This document shows positions 19,358 through 29,436 of a stretch of DNA of 64,000 nt, piece after piece. The number at the start of each line of letters is the position of its first letter. The first letter of the stretch is position 1. The stretch comes from an uncultured Pseudobdellovibrionaceae bacterium (lineage in GTDB: Bacteria; Patescibacteriota; Minisyncoccia; Moranbacterales; GCA-2747515), in NCBI GenBank assembly GCA_964463705.1, contig CAYXCH010000021.1:65162-129161 (forward strand), in the 5' to 3' direction. Both the position numbers and the translations under genes were made by a program. The notes under the pieces were generated by a model, which was not told the DNA's origin, did not search any database, and saw only the letters and a list, made by a program, of their open reading frames with translations.

Positions 19358-20341
19358 CTATGATATTTTATAATAGTCTTTATACCACTGCACAAAATTA
19401 CGCAATCCCGTATCTATATCTGTCGTTGGCGCCCATCCCAACGCTCGCAATTTCTGCACATCCGCCATTGTTTGCGGCACATCACCCGGCTGCATGCGCA
19501 ACAATCGCTTTCGCGCCGTCTTTCCCGTCGCTCGTTCCGCCGCCGCAATAAAATCCATTAATGCAATTGGTGTATCTCCGCCGATATTGAACACATCATA
19601 AGAAAAATCGGCATCTAAGACTGTCACCGTTCCACGAACAATATCATCAATATAGGTAAAATCGCGCTTCATTTTTCCCCGATTAAATACGTCAATGCGC
19701 TCTCCGCGCAAAATACGTTCCGGAAACAAAAACACGCCCATATCCGGTCGCCCCCACGGTCCGTAGACCGTAAAATATCGCAGCGCCGCAACATTCAATC
19801 CATATACACGATGAAATGCATGCGCCATCAATTCTTTTGCTTTTTTTGTTGCGGCATAGGGTGACACCGGCGCATCCACCCGAGCATCTTCATGAAATGG
19901 CACCGTTGCCAACTCACCATACACACTACTGCTGGATGCATACAGTACTTTCTTTACTTTATATTTTACGGCAAGTGTAAAGATATTTGTTGTTCCCACC
20001 ACATTGACATCGGCATACAGTGACGGATCTTCCAGTGATGCACGCACGCCCGCCATCGCCGCCAAATGAATAATCGCCGTTGGACGTGTTTTCGCAATAA
20101 TTCGGTCCATCATCGCTATATTGCGAACATCCGCGCGAAATAGTGTAAAGCGTCCCCGCTTATTTTCCCCGCGAGCATTGCGATACCCGCGCAAAAATCG
20201 ATTAATCCTTGCGCGCTTTAATGACGGATCATAGTAGTCGTTAAAATTATCTACCAATACCACGGCGTCGCCACGATCCATAAGCGCCTTCGCCACCGCA
20301 CTCCCGATAAATCCGGCACCACCGGTGATTAGTACAGTCAT
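19358..20341 (-). CDS. NAD-dependent epimerase (UDP-glucuronate 4-epimerase-like)
   Basis: TGGAGFIG, HLAAMAGVR, ASSSSVYG, YAATK, FTVYGPWGRPDM, RDFTYIDD, QPGDV. Confidence 0.92.
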   Translation of the reverse strand: MTVLITGGAGFIGSAVAKALMDRGDAVVLVDNFNDYYDPSLKRARINRFLRGYRNARGENKRGRFTLFRADVRNIAMMDRIIAKTRPTAIIHLAAMAGVRASLEDPSLYADVNVVGTTNIFTLAVKYKVKKVLYASSSSVYGELATVPFHEDARVDAPVSPYAATKKAKELMAHAFHRVYGLNVAALRYFTVYGPWGRPDMGVFLFPERILRGERIDVFNRGKMKRDFTYIDDIVRGTVTVLDADFSYDVFNIGGDTPIALMDFIAAAERATGKTARKRLLRMQPGDVPQTMADVQKLRALGWAPTTDIDTGLRNFVQWYKDYYKIS

Positions 20342-20361
20342 TTCTATTGATACTTAGCAAA

Positions 20362-20955
20362 TCACAACAATTCCAGTGTACCACAGGAATCACTCAGCGG
20401 CAGATGTTCCAACGTTACAATTTCCCGTGTTGTGCCGATCCGCACCGTTTCATAAACAATAACACTGTCCACTGCCACGGTCACCCGCGTCGGGTACATA
20501 AATGCATCCGCCGGCGGATTTAAGCGACGCAATGCCGCCCGATCCACTCGTGCCATCGTTATGTGCGCATGTTGCGGAGCCAGTTCCGGATGATGCGGTG
20601 ATTGAACACGCGCAATCGCCGTACATAACCGTGCCAGTTCGGGAGACGGTGTTGTTGTGGCAAGCCACAGCATTTTTGCCGTCTCCGGTGTGGGAGCAAG
20701 ACGAATAATTTCCAATGCAAAATCAAACGACGGACACGATTGCACCGCCGTTTTTACCTGAGATAACAGTGAGGGCAACCGTACATCCTCCACATGTCCC
20801 AAAGAAGCAATTGTTATTAACGGTTCCGTTTGCGACCATGTAAACGGCAGTGACCCGTATCTCTCCGTCCACTCCCGACGCCGCGCATTGATCACTCGCC
20901 GCACATACGGCGGTGGAACAATTGCAACAAATACTGTTTTTGTTCGTCCACTCAT
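20362..20955 (-). CDS. 2H phosphoesterase / 2'-5' RNA ligase (ThpR-like), first His motif degenerate
   Basis: N-terminal VFVAI, second motif AHITMAR; the first motif reads PLITIASLG. Confidence 0.7.
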   Translation of the reverse strand: MSGRTKTVFVAIVPPPYVRRVINARRREWTERYGSLPFTWSQTEPLITIASLGHVEDVRLPSLLSQVKTAVQSCPSFDFALEIIRLAPTPETAKMLWLATTTPSPELARLCTAIARVQSPHHPELAPQHAHITMARVDRAALRRLNPPADAFMYPTRVTVAVDSVIVYETVRIGTTREIVTLEHLPLSDSCGTLELL

Positions 20956-23027
20956 AACACTTCCGTACGAATTTCCCGACGCAAGACTGACGACAACTTT
21001 GGCGTAATCATCTCCGTCCGCACCAAATCATCCAAAACATCTTCCTCAATCCTTAATACCTCACGACACAGCAACTCTTCATGCTCCTCGGCAAGTGTCG
21101 GATGCTCCGCCAATACGGATCGCATCTTCCGTTCACTCTGTCGCGCAAACCGCATGTATGTCTCCATCACATCGCGAAGTGATGCATCATTGTCATGAAC
21201 ACCACTACGCTTTTGCAATGCCCGTAATTGCGCCACCACTTCCTGCGCCAGAATCATCAATGCGCGATAATAAAGAAACTTATCGCGTGGCGTCTTAGTA
21301 TGAGGACGCAAGAACATCATTCGCCGCACTATATTGATAATCCCCTCAATCATATCACGCACAAAAATTTGCTCAAAACTCCGGTGTTCATCTTCTCCAC
21401 TCTCCACGTATGCACGCTGCACCGCCAACTTTCCCAACACTTTTTTATATGCTCGTTCCGTAATTTCTCCATAGGTGTAAAGATTTTGCAGTGTACGCTT
21501 CTCCACACCAATAGCATATAATTTTAGCATTCGGCGAACAATGGCGCTATCGGATGCAATGAACGCATGTAATTTGGTCCGCGCGCGGTCATAGTGTGCA
21601 CGAAGTCGCTGATGTAATGTATCATAAGCGCATTGCTCAATATGTTCACGAGCGTGAAGTTGCTGCAATTGAGACAATGCCGTCGCATAAAGATTGGCAC
21701 GCCCCTCCCAATACTCCACCTCTTCCAACGGCTGTCGTTGCGTAATGCGAAGGCGTCGCATCAATAACGGAATTGTTGTAGCCTTGATAAACAACGTAAA
21801 ATAAATACACCCGATTGTCAGTGCCAACAAAAAATCTCGCGGAGAAGTTTGTAATGTCCACCCCGGCACGTGCAAATCCTGCGGAATCATCAGCGCCATG
21901 GTAATTGCCAATGCGCCGCGCAACGAGCCCCAAGACAACAAGTGTTGCCATGTCAGCGGGATACGCTGTGACGATGACACAAACATGTTATACGGCAACA
22001 GTACACCGTACACCGATAATGCGCGCACCACGATAACCACGATGATAATTACCGCCAATGGTATTGCCAACTCTCGCAATGCCACATCAATATCCGCAAA
22101 AATCAACCCCATCAACAGAAATACGATCGCATTGGTCACAAAGGCAAAATAGTCCCAAAATTGTTGCAGATATTCTTCCGTTCGCGGCGTCATTTTATAG
22201 CGTCCATAGTTTCCCACCACCATTGCCGCCACCACTGTCGCAATGATAGATGACAAATGAATTCCATTCTCACTACGCGAAATCATTTCCGTAAGTAAAA
22301 ATGTAAAGTGCGCCACCAGCATTGTCAGTGTAATATGCACATGCGCACGATCCGTATATTGCAACGCCTTGGAAAATATCGCTCCCATCATCAACCCAAA
22401 CACCGCACCGCCCACGATCATCATCATAAATAATCCCGCCGCTGCGGGAATGTCATGGTGCGCAATAAATGTGCCGTTGCGAATAACTTCCAGTACCAAC
22501 ACAAATAACGCCATCGCCGTTGCATCATTGAACAAACTTTCTCCTTCAAATAGCAATGCCAAACGACGTGGTGCGCCATAATCCTTAAATAACGCCAATA
22601 CCGCTACCGGATCGGTCGCGGCAATGATCGCTCCAAATAACACCAGCGCGATAAACGGCACCTCCACGCCAATGACGTGCAATGCCGCCGTGGCAAATAC
22701 CGCCGTGGCAAATACCGCAATCAATAATCCACCCACCGCCAATAATGTGATGGCCCGTAATTGGCGCATCACTTGCGGAATAGACATGTTGTACGCCGCC
22801 TCAAAAATCAGAACCGGAAGAAAAATAAAAAATAACACCTCCGGCGTAAGGTGAAATGTTGTAATATAGGAAAATATTGATGTTTGCGTCAACGGTACCA
22901 ATACAAGCCCGACAAAGACCAACAGCACCGTGTACGGCACATGAAACCGCCGTGACAACAAAAAAACGCCCATAGAAACGAGCATCAGCGTAAACACCGC
23001 CAATGGGAGCGCAATTGCATGATCCAT
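20952..23027 (-). CDS. CPA1-family Na+/H+ antiporter with cytoplasmic C-terminal domain
   Basis: FLPVLIFEAAY, ATDPVAV, GESLFNDA, GSLRGA. Confidence 0.93.
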   Translation of the reverse strand: MDHAIALPLAVFTLMLVSMGVFLLSRRFHVPYTVLLVFVGLVLVPLTQTSIFSYITTFHLTPEVLFFIFLPVLIFEAAYNMSIPQVMRQLRAITLLAVGGLLIAVFATAVFATAALHVIGVEVPFIALVLFGAIIAATDPVAVLALFKDYGAPRRLALLFEGESLFNDATAMALFVLVLEVIRNGTFIAHHDIPAAAGLFMMMIVGGAVFGLMMGAIFSKALQYTDRAHVHITLTMLVAHFTFLLTEMISRSENGIHLSSIIATVVAAMVVGNYGRYKMTPRTEEYLQQFWDYFAFVTNAIVFLLMGLIFADIDVALRELAIPLAVIIIVVIVVRALSVYGVLLPYNMFVSSSQRIPLTWQHLLSWGSLRGALAITMALMIPQDLHVPGWTLQTSPRDFLLALTIGCIYFTLFIKATTIPLLMRRLRITQRQPLEEVEYWEGRANLYATALSQLQQLHAREHIEQCAYDTLHQRLRAHYDRARTKLHAFIASDSAIVRRMLKLYAIGVEKRTLQNLYTYGEITERAYKKVLGKLAVQRAYVESGEDEHRSFEQIFVRDMIEGIINIVRRMMFLRPHTKTPRDKFLYYRALMILAQEVVAQLRALQKRSGVHDNDASLRDVMETYMRFARQSERKMRSVLAEHPTLAEEHEELLCREVLRIEEDVLDDLVRTEMITPKLSSVLRREIRTEVL

Positions 23028-23028
23028 G

Positions 23029-23100
23029 TAGCCCGTAGGGGAATCGAACCCCTGTTACGAGGATGAAAACCTCGCGTCCTAACCACTAGACGAACGGGCC
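23029..23100 (-). tRNA. tRNA-Glu(TTC)
   Basis: GGCCCGTTCGTCTAGTGGTTAGGAC...TTTTCAT...GGTTCGATTCC...ACGGGCTA. Confidence 0.95.
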
Positions 23101-23115
23101 GTGAATACGTCCCCC

Positions 23116-23144
23116 ATTATACAGAAAATTTCCAACTGCGCAAG
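23116..23144 (-). promoter_or_regulatory. Putative promoter of tRNA-Glu/antiporter transcript
   Basis: TTGCGC-N17-TATAAT upstream of the tRNA. Confidence 0.55.
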
Positions 23145-23145
23145 T

Positions 23146-24360
23146 CTAATATGATAAACGATAAGAATATGTCTGTGCGGTCACCTCTCGTAACGCGCGC
23201 TCTACCAGCGCATCCTCATCATACGTGCGCAATGCCGCCTCCACCTCCTCTGCCGTTGCCCGCAATACCGGAGATCCGGGCATAAAGTTGCTGCACGTAT
23301 CATCATGTGGACGAACGGAAATATCATGGGTTCCAATGTGCTGGGCGCGAGCAATAATTTCCTGCTTACTCATTCCGCAGAGCGGACGGAGCAACGGCAT
23401 CGTCACCGGCGCACCGGTAACCGTCATATTTTCCAACGTTTGACTTGCCACCTGCCCCACCGATTCTCCGGTAACCAGCGCCCGCGCGCCCACTGTTTCC
23501 GCATAGGCCTCCGCTACACGATTCATAAACCGACGAAGTAATACCACGCGTAACGCATCTTGTTTTCCTTCCAGTGCAATCGCTTTCATTGCCGGCACTA
23601 CCGGCACTATTGCCAGACGCACGCTCCCCGTATACTGCGCCAGCACCTGTGAAAGATCGCGCACCTTTTGCACCGATGCCTCTGATGTATGCGGCATTCC
23701 ATGAAAATGAATGGCGGAAATTTCCACTCCACGCGTCGCAATCATCCATGCCGCTACCGGTGAATCAAACCCGCCGGACAATAATGCCACCGCATGTCCC
23801 GACGTCCCCACCGGCAATCCGCCAACTCCGCGCTCTTTGATATATACCAACACCCATGAACGCAGAATCTCCACCACAATCTCCCGTTCCGCTCCCCGCA
23901 ACGCGACAGAGGCGGATTCCCCGCGCGCTGTCCGATCGGCAACTACCGCCGCGCCATATCGCCGCGCCAGCTCTTGCGATGTCCCGGGAAAGTTCTTGTC
24001 TACGCGCTTGACCGTTACACGAAACGTTTTCCATGTCCCTCGCGACGCCGCCACTACATGATGAATTATCTCCGTCTCTTTCGTTTCTTCCTCTCGTGGA
24101 ATCATAACGCCAAGTCCGTACCCGACAATACCGGGAGTCATGCGCAAAACAGATCGCACCGCATCGGCGGTACGTTCCGTTACACCATGGACAATCATGC
24201 GTCCCCACCACCGCTCACATCGCATTGCCGAATCTATGGTGCAAAGCTTCCGCGCGATATTATCCCGCAATGTATTCTCAAACCATCGCCGATTGCCCCC
24301 CTTAAGCGCAATCTCATCATAGGTTATCACTGCACACTGTGTACCGATTTGCATTTCCAT
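23146..24360 (-). CDS. thiI: tRNA 4-thiouridine synthase ThiI (short form, no rhodanese domain)
   Basis: EIALKGGNR, THUMP domain, GGLPVGTSG, LLSGGFDSPVA, TGESVGQVASQT. Confidence 0.95.
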   Translation of the reverse strand: MEMQIGTQCAVITYDEIALKGGNRRWFENTLRDNIARKLCTIDSAMRCERWWGRMIVHGVTERTADAVRSVLRMTPGIVGYGLGVMIPREEETKETEIIHHVVAASRGTWKTFRVTVKRVDKNFPGTSQELARRYGAAVVADRTARGESASVALRGAEREIVVEILRSWVLVYIKERGVGGLPVGTSGHAVALLSGGFDSPVAAWMIATRGVEISAIHFHGMPHTSEASVQKVRDLSQVLAQYTGSVRLAIVPVVPAMKAIALEGKQDALRVVLLRRFMNRVAEAYAETVGARALVTGESVGQVASQTLENMTVTGAPVTMPLLRPLCGMSKQEIIARAQHIGTHDISVRPHDDTCSNFMPGSPVLRATAEEVEAALRTYDEDALVERALREVTAQTYSYRLSY

Positions 24361-24455
24361 CAACTCTTTAAATTATAATATGTAATACATCTCTCAACTA
24401 TAAGCACAGACATTAAATACTACTAAAAACATTTGTAGTATATTCCTAAAGATAC

Positions 24456-25523
24456 TTATCTACATCGTGGAAGCGATATTCTTCTTACAACATCTACTTC
24501 CTTTATAATCTCTTTATGAGATTCAATTAATGGTAGAATACGCACCTCTTTGACACCACTATACAATAATGCAACTGGATCTATATCACCATTAATAATA
24601 TTCTGCAAATAAAGATCATTTGGTAATATCCCTTGATCAATATATTGCTGAATTTCATTCCATCCAAACTCTGCCATCAGTGTTTGACGAATAAACTTTG
24701 TTAGTAACTTCTTTTCATGCTGCTCTTTTTGTTGCAGACTAAGCACCTTATAAAAATCATCATTACTGCGCTCCCATGATGTGATAATCGGAACAATGCC
24801 ACGACCATATCTTTTAATAAGATGCATGATAGCAATAATCTCCTCAACACCACTGAGCTCATAGCGCTTTCCATCATGCTCCACAAATGCTCGCTCCTCT
24901 TCCGGTGCGCGCTTTCGTGATATTTTAGGAAAACCACCAACAGAGCGTAACTTATGTATATCCCATAAAGCAAAAGTATTTGCAATGCGCCCATGTAATA
25001 CACTTTCATCAAGTGTGTGTGGAGAATGATATATTCCATGATCCGGAATTAAAAGCTTTTCTTTATCTAAATCTCCAAAGATTGTTGGTCCACTGACATA
25101 AGCACCATCATACATTGCACGGACTGTCTCTTCATAAATAGGGAGTGAAAACGTTTTATGAACAACTTCAGGAGAAATAATCAAAGAGTGTGTCTGCCCA
25201 TCATTTTCCTGCGCATGTAGTGGCTGATTTAGCGCCTCACAAAAGATATCACCGTTTACAATCGGCATAATCTTAATACGGGAGTCCTTACCAATAGATG
25301 ATTGTAACTCTGAAAGAATAACAGTGGATGCTGCGCAATCCTCTCCAAGCTCTGTAACAAAACGACGATCATTCCATACAGCAATTGTAATTGATTTTAG
25401 CGGCTCAATTGCAGATGCTGTTTTATCTAAAAGATGTGTTGCTGCATCTGCAACAAACTGAGCGCGCTCTATTGCTCGTATTGGATCTTTTTCATAAACT
25501 CGTATAATCCCCGATATATTCAT
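24456..25523 (-). CDS. Hypothetical AT-rich protein, possible remote GT-A fold
   Basis: Long ORF; ALWDIHKLRSVGGFP segment resembles GT2 motifs. Confidence 0.6.
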   Translation of the reverse strand: MNISGIIRVYEKDPIRAIERAQFVADAATHLLDKTASAIEPLKSITIAVWNDRRFVTELGEDCAASTVILSELQSSIGKDSRIKIMPIVNGDIFCEALNQPLHAQENDGQTHSLIISPEVVHKTFSLPIYEETVRAMYDGAYVSGPTIFGDLDKEKLLIPDHGIYHSPHTLDESVLHGRIANTFALWDIHKLRSVGGFPKISRKRAPEEERAFVEHDGKRYELSGVEEIIAIMHLIKRYGRGIVPIITSWERSNDDFYKVLSLQQKEQHEKKLLTKFIRQTLMAEFGWNEIQQYIDQGILPNDLYLQNIINGDIDPVALLYSGVKEVRILPLIESHKEIIKEVDVVRRISLPRCR

Positions 25524-25622
25524 AATAGATTGCAATATTAAAATATATTTTTATATAATAACATAAAATGCGGCTTCCTACAAGATAATATTATTGTTGT
25601 CACATAAAAATACTAACCCCTA

Positions 25623-26153
25623 CTATTGAATCACTCGTAATGCCGTAACCGCGCGATATACACTGTCACAACTGACCAGAGTGCGAGAAATCTCCCGCGG
25701 ATCATACAATGCGATCTGCGCCACATCATCCGCCGCACGACACTGTGCGTAAGTTTCTTCGGAAATTGGTGCAAGAAAATGAATATCCACTCCCAGTGTT
25801 GTTACTCCCTTGTACGGATACGTAAATGATCCACTGCACAAATAACGCAGTACTGACGGAGAAAGCGTGATTCCCAACTCCTCATGAATTTCTCGCACCG
25901 CCGCATCCTCAAATGATTCCGGCGCATCCACAAATCCGCCGGGAAAATCCCATTTCCCTTTATTTGGATCATGGGCGCGCTGCGCCAATACCACGCGTCC
26001 ATCCGGTAGTTGTAGAACAACACTAACCGCTGCAGACGCATTCTGAAACAGCTCCGATCCGCACGTACCACATCGTGTCATACGCTGCGGAATCCGCTCC
26101 AATTCCGTACCGCCGCAGAACGGACAGTACCGCTGTTGCGTAAGATCAAACAT
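25623..26153 (-). CDS. NUDIX hydrolase with N-terminal zinc ribbon
   Basis: CPFC...CGTC; Nudix box GGFVDAPESFEDAAVREIHEELG. Confidence 0.92.
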   Translation of the reverse strand: MFDLTQQRYCPFCGGTELERIPQRMTRCGTCGSELFQNASAAVSVVLQLPDGRVVLAQRAHDPNKGKWDFPGGFVDAPESFEDAAVREIHEELGITLSPSVLRYLCSGSFTYPYKGVTTLGVDIHFLAPISEETYAQCRAADDVAQIALYDPREISRTLVSCDSVYRAVTALRVIQ

Positions 26154-27138
26154 TGCGTTCTTTTAATGGCTTCCACCAAGAGGTATGTTCACGAAACCAT
26201 TCTACCGTCCGCTCCAATCCCTCATCCAATGTCACACTCGGCGTCCATCCCAACTCTTCGCGGATTTTGGTGTAATCAATATCGTAACGAAAATCATGTC
26301 CTTTACGATCCTCCACATACCGAATTACATCCTCCTCCTTCTTTCCCATCAGCGCAACCAGCGTCCGAACAATATCTATATTGGTCGGCTGATTATCACC
26401 ACCGACACCATATGTCTCTCCACTGCGTCCACGACGAATAATCAAGTCAATCGCACGACAGTGATCGGTCACAAATAACCAATCCCGCACCTGCATTCCC
26501 GTCCCGTACACCGGTACCGTCTTCCCTTCCATCATATTGGTGATCGCCAAAGGAATCAGTTTCTCCGGAAAGTGGTACGGACCATAATTGTTTGTGCAAT
26601 TACTTATCGTCACATCCACACCGTAAGTACGATGATAGGCGCGCACCAGGTGATCCGATCCCGCCTTGGACGCACTGTACGGACTGCTCGGATCATAGGG
26701 CGTCTCCTCGGTGAACGGCGGATCGTTGGGTCCGAGATCACCAAAAACCTCATCAGTGGAAACATGATGAAAACGAATAGACCGCCCCGCTTCTTGCGCA
26801 TTCCGCACCGCCTCCAACAATGTAAACGTACCGACAATATTTGTTTGAATAAACACCGCCGGACCCGTAATAGAGCGGTCCACGTGACTTTCCGCCGCAA
26901 AATGTACAACCGTATCTATTCCATCATCTATCAACCGGCGGACAAGCGCACCATCACAAATATCTCCGTGGACAAATGTAAATCGTGGATCATCATCCCA
27001 CTGTGCCAGTGTTGCGCGACACCCGGCATATGTTAACTTATCCAATACGACAACACGATCTTCCGAAGAACGACTCAATATGTAGTGCACAAAGTTTCCC
27101 CCGATAAATCCGGCACCACCGGTAACAAGATAGTTCAT
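26146..27138 (-). CDS. rfbB: dTDP-glucose 4,6-dehydratase
   Basis: DKLTYAG, HFAAESHVDRSI, HVSTDEV, YSASKA, NNYGPY, EKLIP. Confidence 0.97.
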   Translation of the reverse strand: MNYLVTGGAGFIGGNFVHYILSRSSEDRVVVLDKLTYAGCRATLAQWDDDPRFTFVHGDICDGALVRRLIDDGIDTVVHFAAESHVDRSITGPAVFIQTNIVGTFTLLEAVRNAQEAGRSIRFHHVSTDEVFGDLGPNDPPFTEETPYDPSSPYSASKAGSDHLVRAYHRTYGVDVTISNCTNNYGPYHFPEKLIPLAITNMMEGKTVPVYGTGMQVRDWLFVTDHCRAIDLIIRRGRSGETYGVGGDNQPTNIDIVRTLVALMGKKEEDVIRYVEDRKGHDFRYDIDYTKIREELGWTPSVTLDEGLERTVEWFREHTSWWKPLKERNV

Positions 27139-27199
27139 AAAAAACGCACAATTATTCTTAATACTGCCATTCTACCAATACTTTACATTCGGGACAATA

Positions 27200-28330
27200 T
27201 TATGGCGTTATGGAGCGGATATACCAATAAAAAATCCCTTTGGCAGCATCAGAACAACGCCCATCATCCGTACATCCACAACGCCACTGCATCCCCTGGC
27301 GCTCACACTGGTAGACCGCCACAATATTGGAGCGAGCCGTTACTGCCGGAGGGAGTGTGCCAACTGCCGTTCCGATAATCCATTTCCCTGTTGTATCCCG
27401 TATTCCCTGTAATGAGATTGCCTGCGTAAAATTTTGCCCATCCGTTGTTGCATATGCCGTTGCATATGTATATGTTTGTTTATTGCCTGTCCGAAACTGC
27501 CACGGCAACTGATCACAACGAACATGCAGCCTTTCTTCACCTACCGGAATTAATGCGGGATTTTGCACAAATAACGGAATCGGTCCCGTACAGGTACGTG
27601 GGAGTGTTCCCAAATTCTCCGATGAGGAGTTCTGCATGGAAGTATTTTGTAAAGCAGTGGCATTCATGGCAGCGGCAAATGTCTCCGCCATAACATCATA
27701 TCCTTTGGCATTGGGATGGACGCCATCTACCATCAACGTCGTTTGCCAATCCGGTTGTGACACAAATGCCGCATACTGATCTACCAAGTAGAGTTGTGGG
27801 ATATGAGCGGAGGCAACATAAGAGCGAATCTCGGAATTCAATTCCTGTGCCCGAGCGTTTGCCGGTCCATCAATGGGAATGATTGTGGATACATAAATAC
27901 CAATCTGTGCATCATGCTGCACAATTGCATCCACCATTGCACGAATATTGGCAATCGTGCTCTCAATGGAATTTCCATTTAGCACATCATTGGTGCCGGC
28001 ATGAATAAGAACAACGGAGCCCGATGGCGCATCTGCCAGTTCATTTGTAAGATTTTGCCGCAAGCGATTCAATATTTGCGGTGTCTCTTGTCCACTGACT
28101 GCCGAATGATCATAATCACCATCTCCCACTCCGTTACGAAACGGTCCGACAAAATCATATGCCCCCATTCCAAGCAATCGCTGTAACGTCCCACGGTAAG
28201 AAAAATAAAACGGTGCCGGATACCCTTCGGTAATGGAGTCGCCTAGTGGGAGAAGTCGTGGAGGTGCCGCCGATACAGTGTCCACAATCAAAACAAAAAG
28301 CAGTATCCCGCCAAATAACAATCGGAACAT
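27200..28330 (-). CDS. Secreted SGNH/GDSL hydrolase with Cys-rich C-terminal domain
   Basis: Signal peptide; GDSIT, AGTND and DGVHP blocks; C-terminal domain shared with 30061..34368. Confidence 0.88.
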   Translation of the reverse strand: MFRLLFGGILLFVLIVDTVSAAPPRLLPLGDSITEGYPAPFYFSYRGTLQRLLGMGAYDFVGPFRNGVGDGDYDHSAVSGQETPQILNRLRQNLTNELADAPSGSVVLIHAGTNDVLNGNSIESTIANIRAMVDAIVQHDAQIGIYVSTIIPIDGPANARAQELNSEIRSYVASAHIPQLYLVDQYAAFVSQPDWQTTLMVDGVHPNAKGYDVMAETFAAAMNATALQNTSMQNSSSENLGTLPRTCTGPIPLFVQNPALIPVGEERLHVRCDQLPWQFRTGNKQTYTYATAYATTDGQNFTQAISLQGIRDTTGKWIIGTAVGTLPPAVTARSNIVAVYQCERQGMQWRCGCTDDGRCSDAAKGIFYWYIRSITP

Positions 28331-29436
28331 TAGGCAAACATGCTAAATTGCTTACGATACCGATCCATCATATCCGATATTTTTGATCGGATAATTTGTG
28401 CATTGTATTTCATATATTCTTCATTGATAGTGATATTTCTGTATGCAAAATCAATATGTAGCAACATGGATACATGAGAAATGAGAATGCGTGCAATCTC
28501 TAAATTTAGAAGCGCGTCTTCCGGTCTCTGCTCATATGTTGTCAAAAATGATTTCATAGTGGGCGTATACTGTATATCATCTATATCACCATCCTCTTTT
28601 AGATAATAAAAACTACCGAGTGTATCTACAACGGGTCTAACGATGTTTGTTTTCACAGCATTAATATAATGCCTCTCTGTCTCATCTAAAAAGATAGAAT
28701 CACGATCACGAGAGGTGTCCATCAGTGTCGCCAACAGATTGCGTACCTCTTTATTCTCGGAAAGCTCTGCCGCTGTCAATACAAACGCTCTTTGCATTAA
28801 GCGCTCACGAAACGATTGGTTGGCAGTAAGATAAATTGACCATAAATTATCCATGCTATTGTTGTGTGTACCATTATATGATTTTCCGGAAAGCATTTGA
28901 GCATATACAGATTCCATGGACGGATAAAAAGAAAACTCTTCAAAAGACTGATCAATATCATGAAAAAATGATATCTCCGCCCCTCGTTTAGACATTAATT
29001 CCTTAACAAAGAAAGATATTGTGGTCAGCCCCACTGTTGCATCCGGTGAATACTCTTGCCGCTCCGCACCCTCACTCCCCTGTGCTTCTTTGGGTACTCT
29101 TAGGGTGTGTTTTGCGGTATTTACTATACGATCAACAAATGCCGCCGTTTTGAGTGCGGGAGTCATACCCACCGTGGAACGTATTCCATGACGTACCCAA
29201 GATGGAATATCTCCTCCGGTGTCAATCACCTGAATTGCCTGATCCACCGCCTGCGTCCGACTCTTAGACTCTTCCGTTATATCCTCTCCAAAATAATCGG
29301 CATAAAATTCTTCCAAAATATTTCGTGGCGAAACACCACGGTCTTGAGCCAGCGAAAACACCGCTCGTCGAGCAAGCGCAGCGTCAATCAACGGCGGACG
29401 TTGATGTTTTTGTGTATTAAACGGATTCTCCATCAT
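28330..29436 (-). CDS. Hypothetical AT-rich protein
   Basis: Long ORF between rmlC and the SGNH gene with overlapping junctions; no recognisable motif. Confidence 0.6.
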   Translation of the reverse strand: MMENPFNTQKHQRPPLIDAALARRAVFSLAQDRGVSPRNILEEFYADYFGEDITEESKSRTQAVDQAIQVIDTGGDIPSWVRHGIRSTVGMTPALKTAAFVDRIVNTAKHTLRVPKEAQGSEGAERQEYSPDATVGLTTISFFVKELMSKRGAEISFFHDIDQSFEEFSFYPSMESVYAQMLSGKSYNGTHNNSMDNLWSIYLTANQSFRERLMQRAFVLTAAELSENKEVRNLLATLMDTSRDRDSIFLDETERHYINAVKTNIVRPVVDTLGSFYYLKEDGDIDDIQYTPTMKSFLTTYEQRPEDALLNLEIARILISHVSMLLHIDFAYRNITINEEYMKYNAQIIRSKISDMMDRYRKQFSMFA

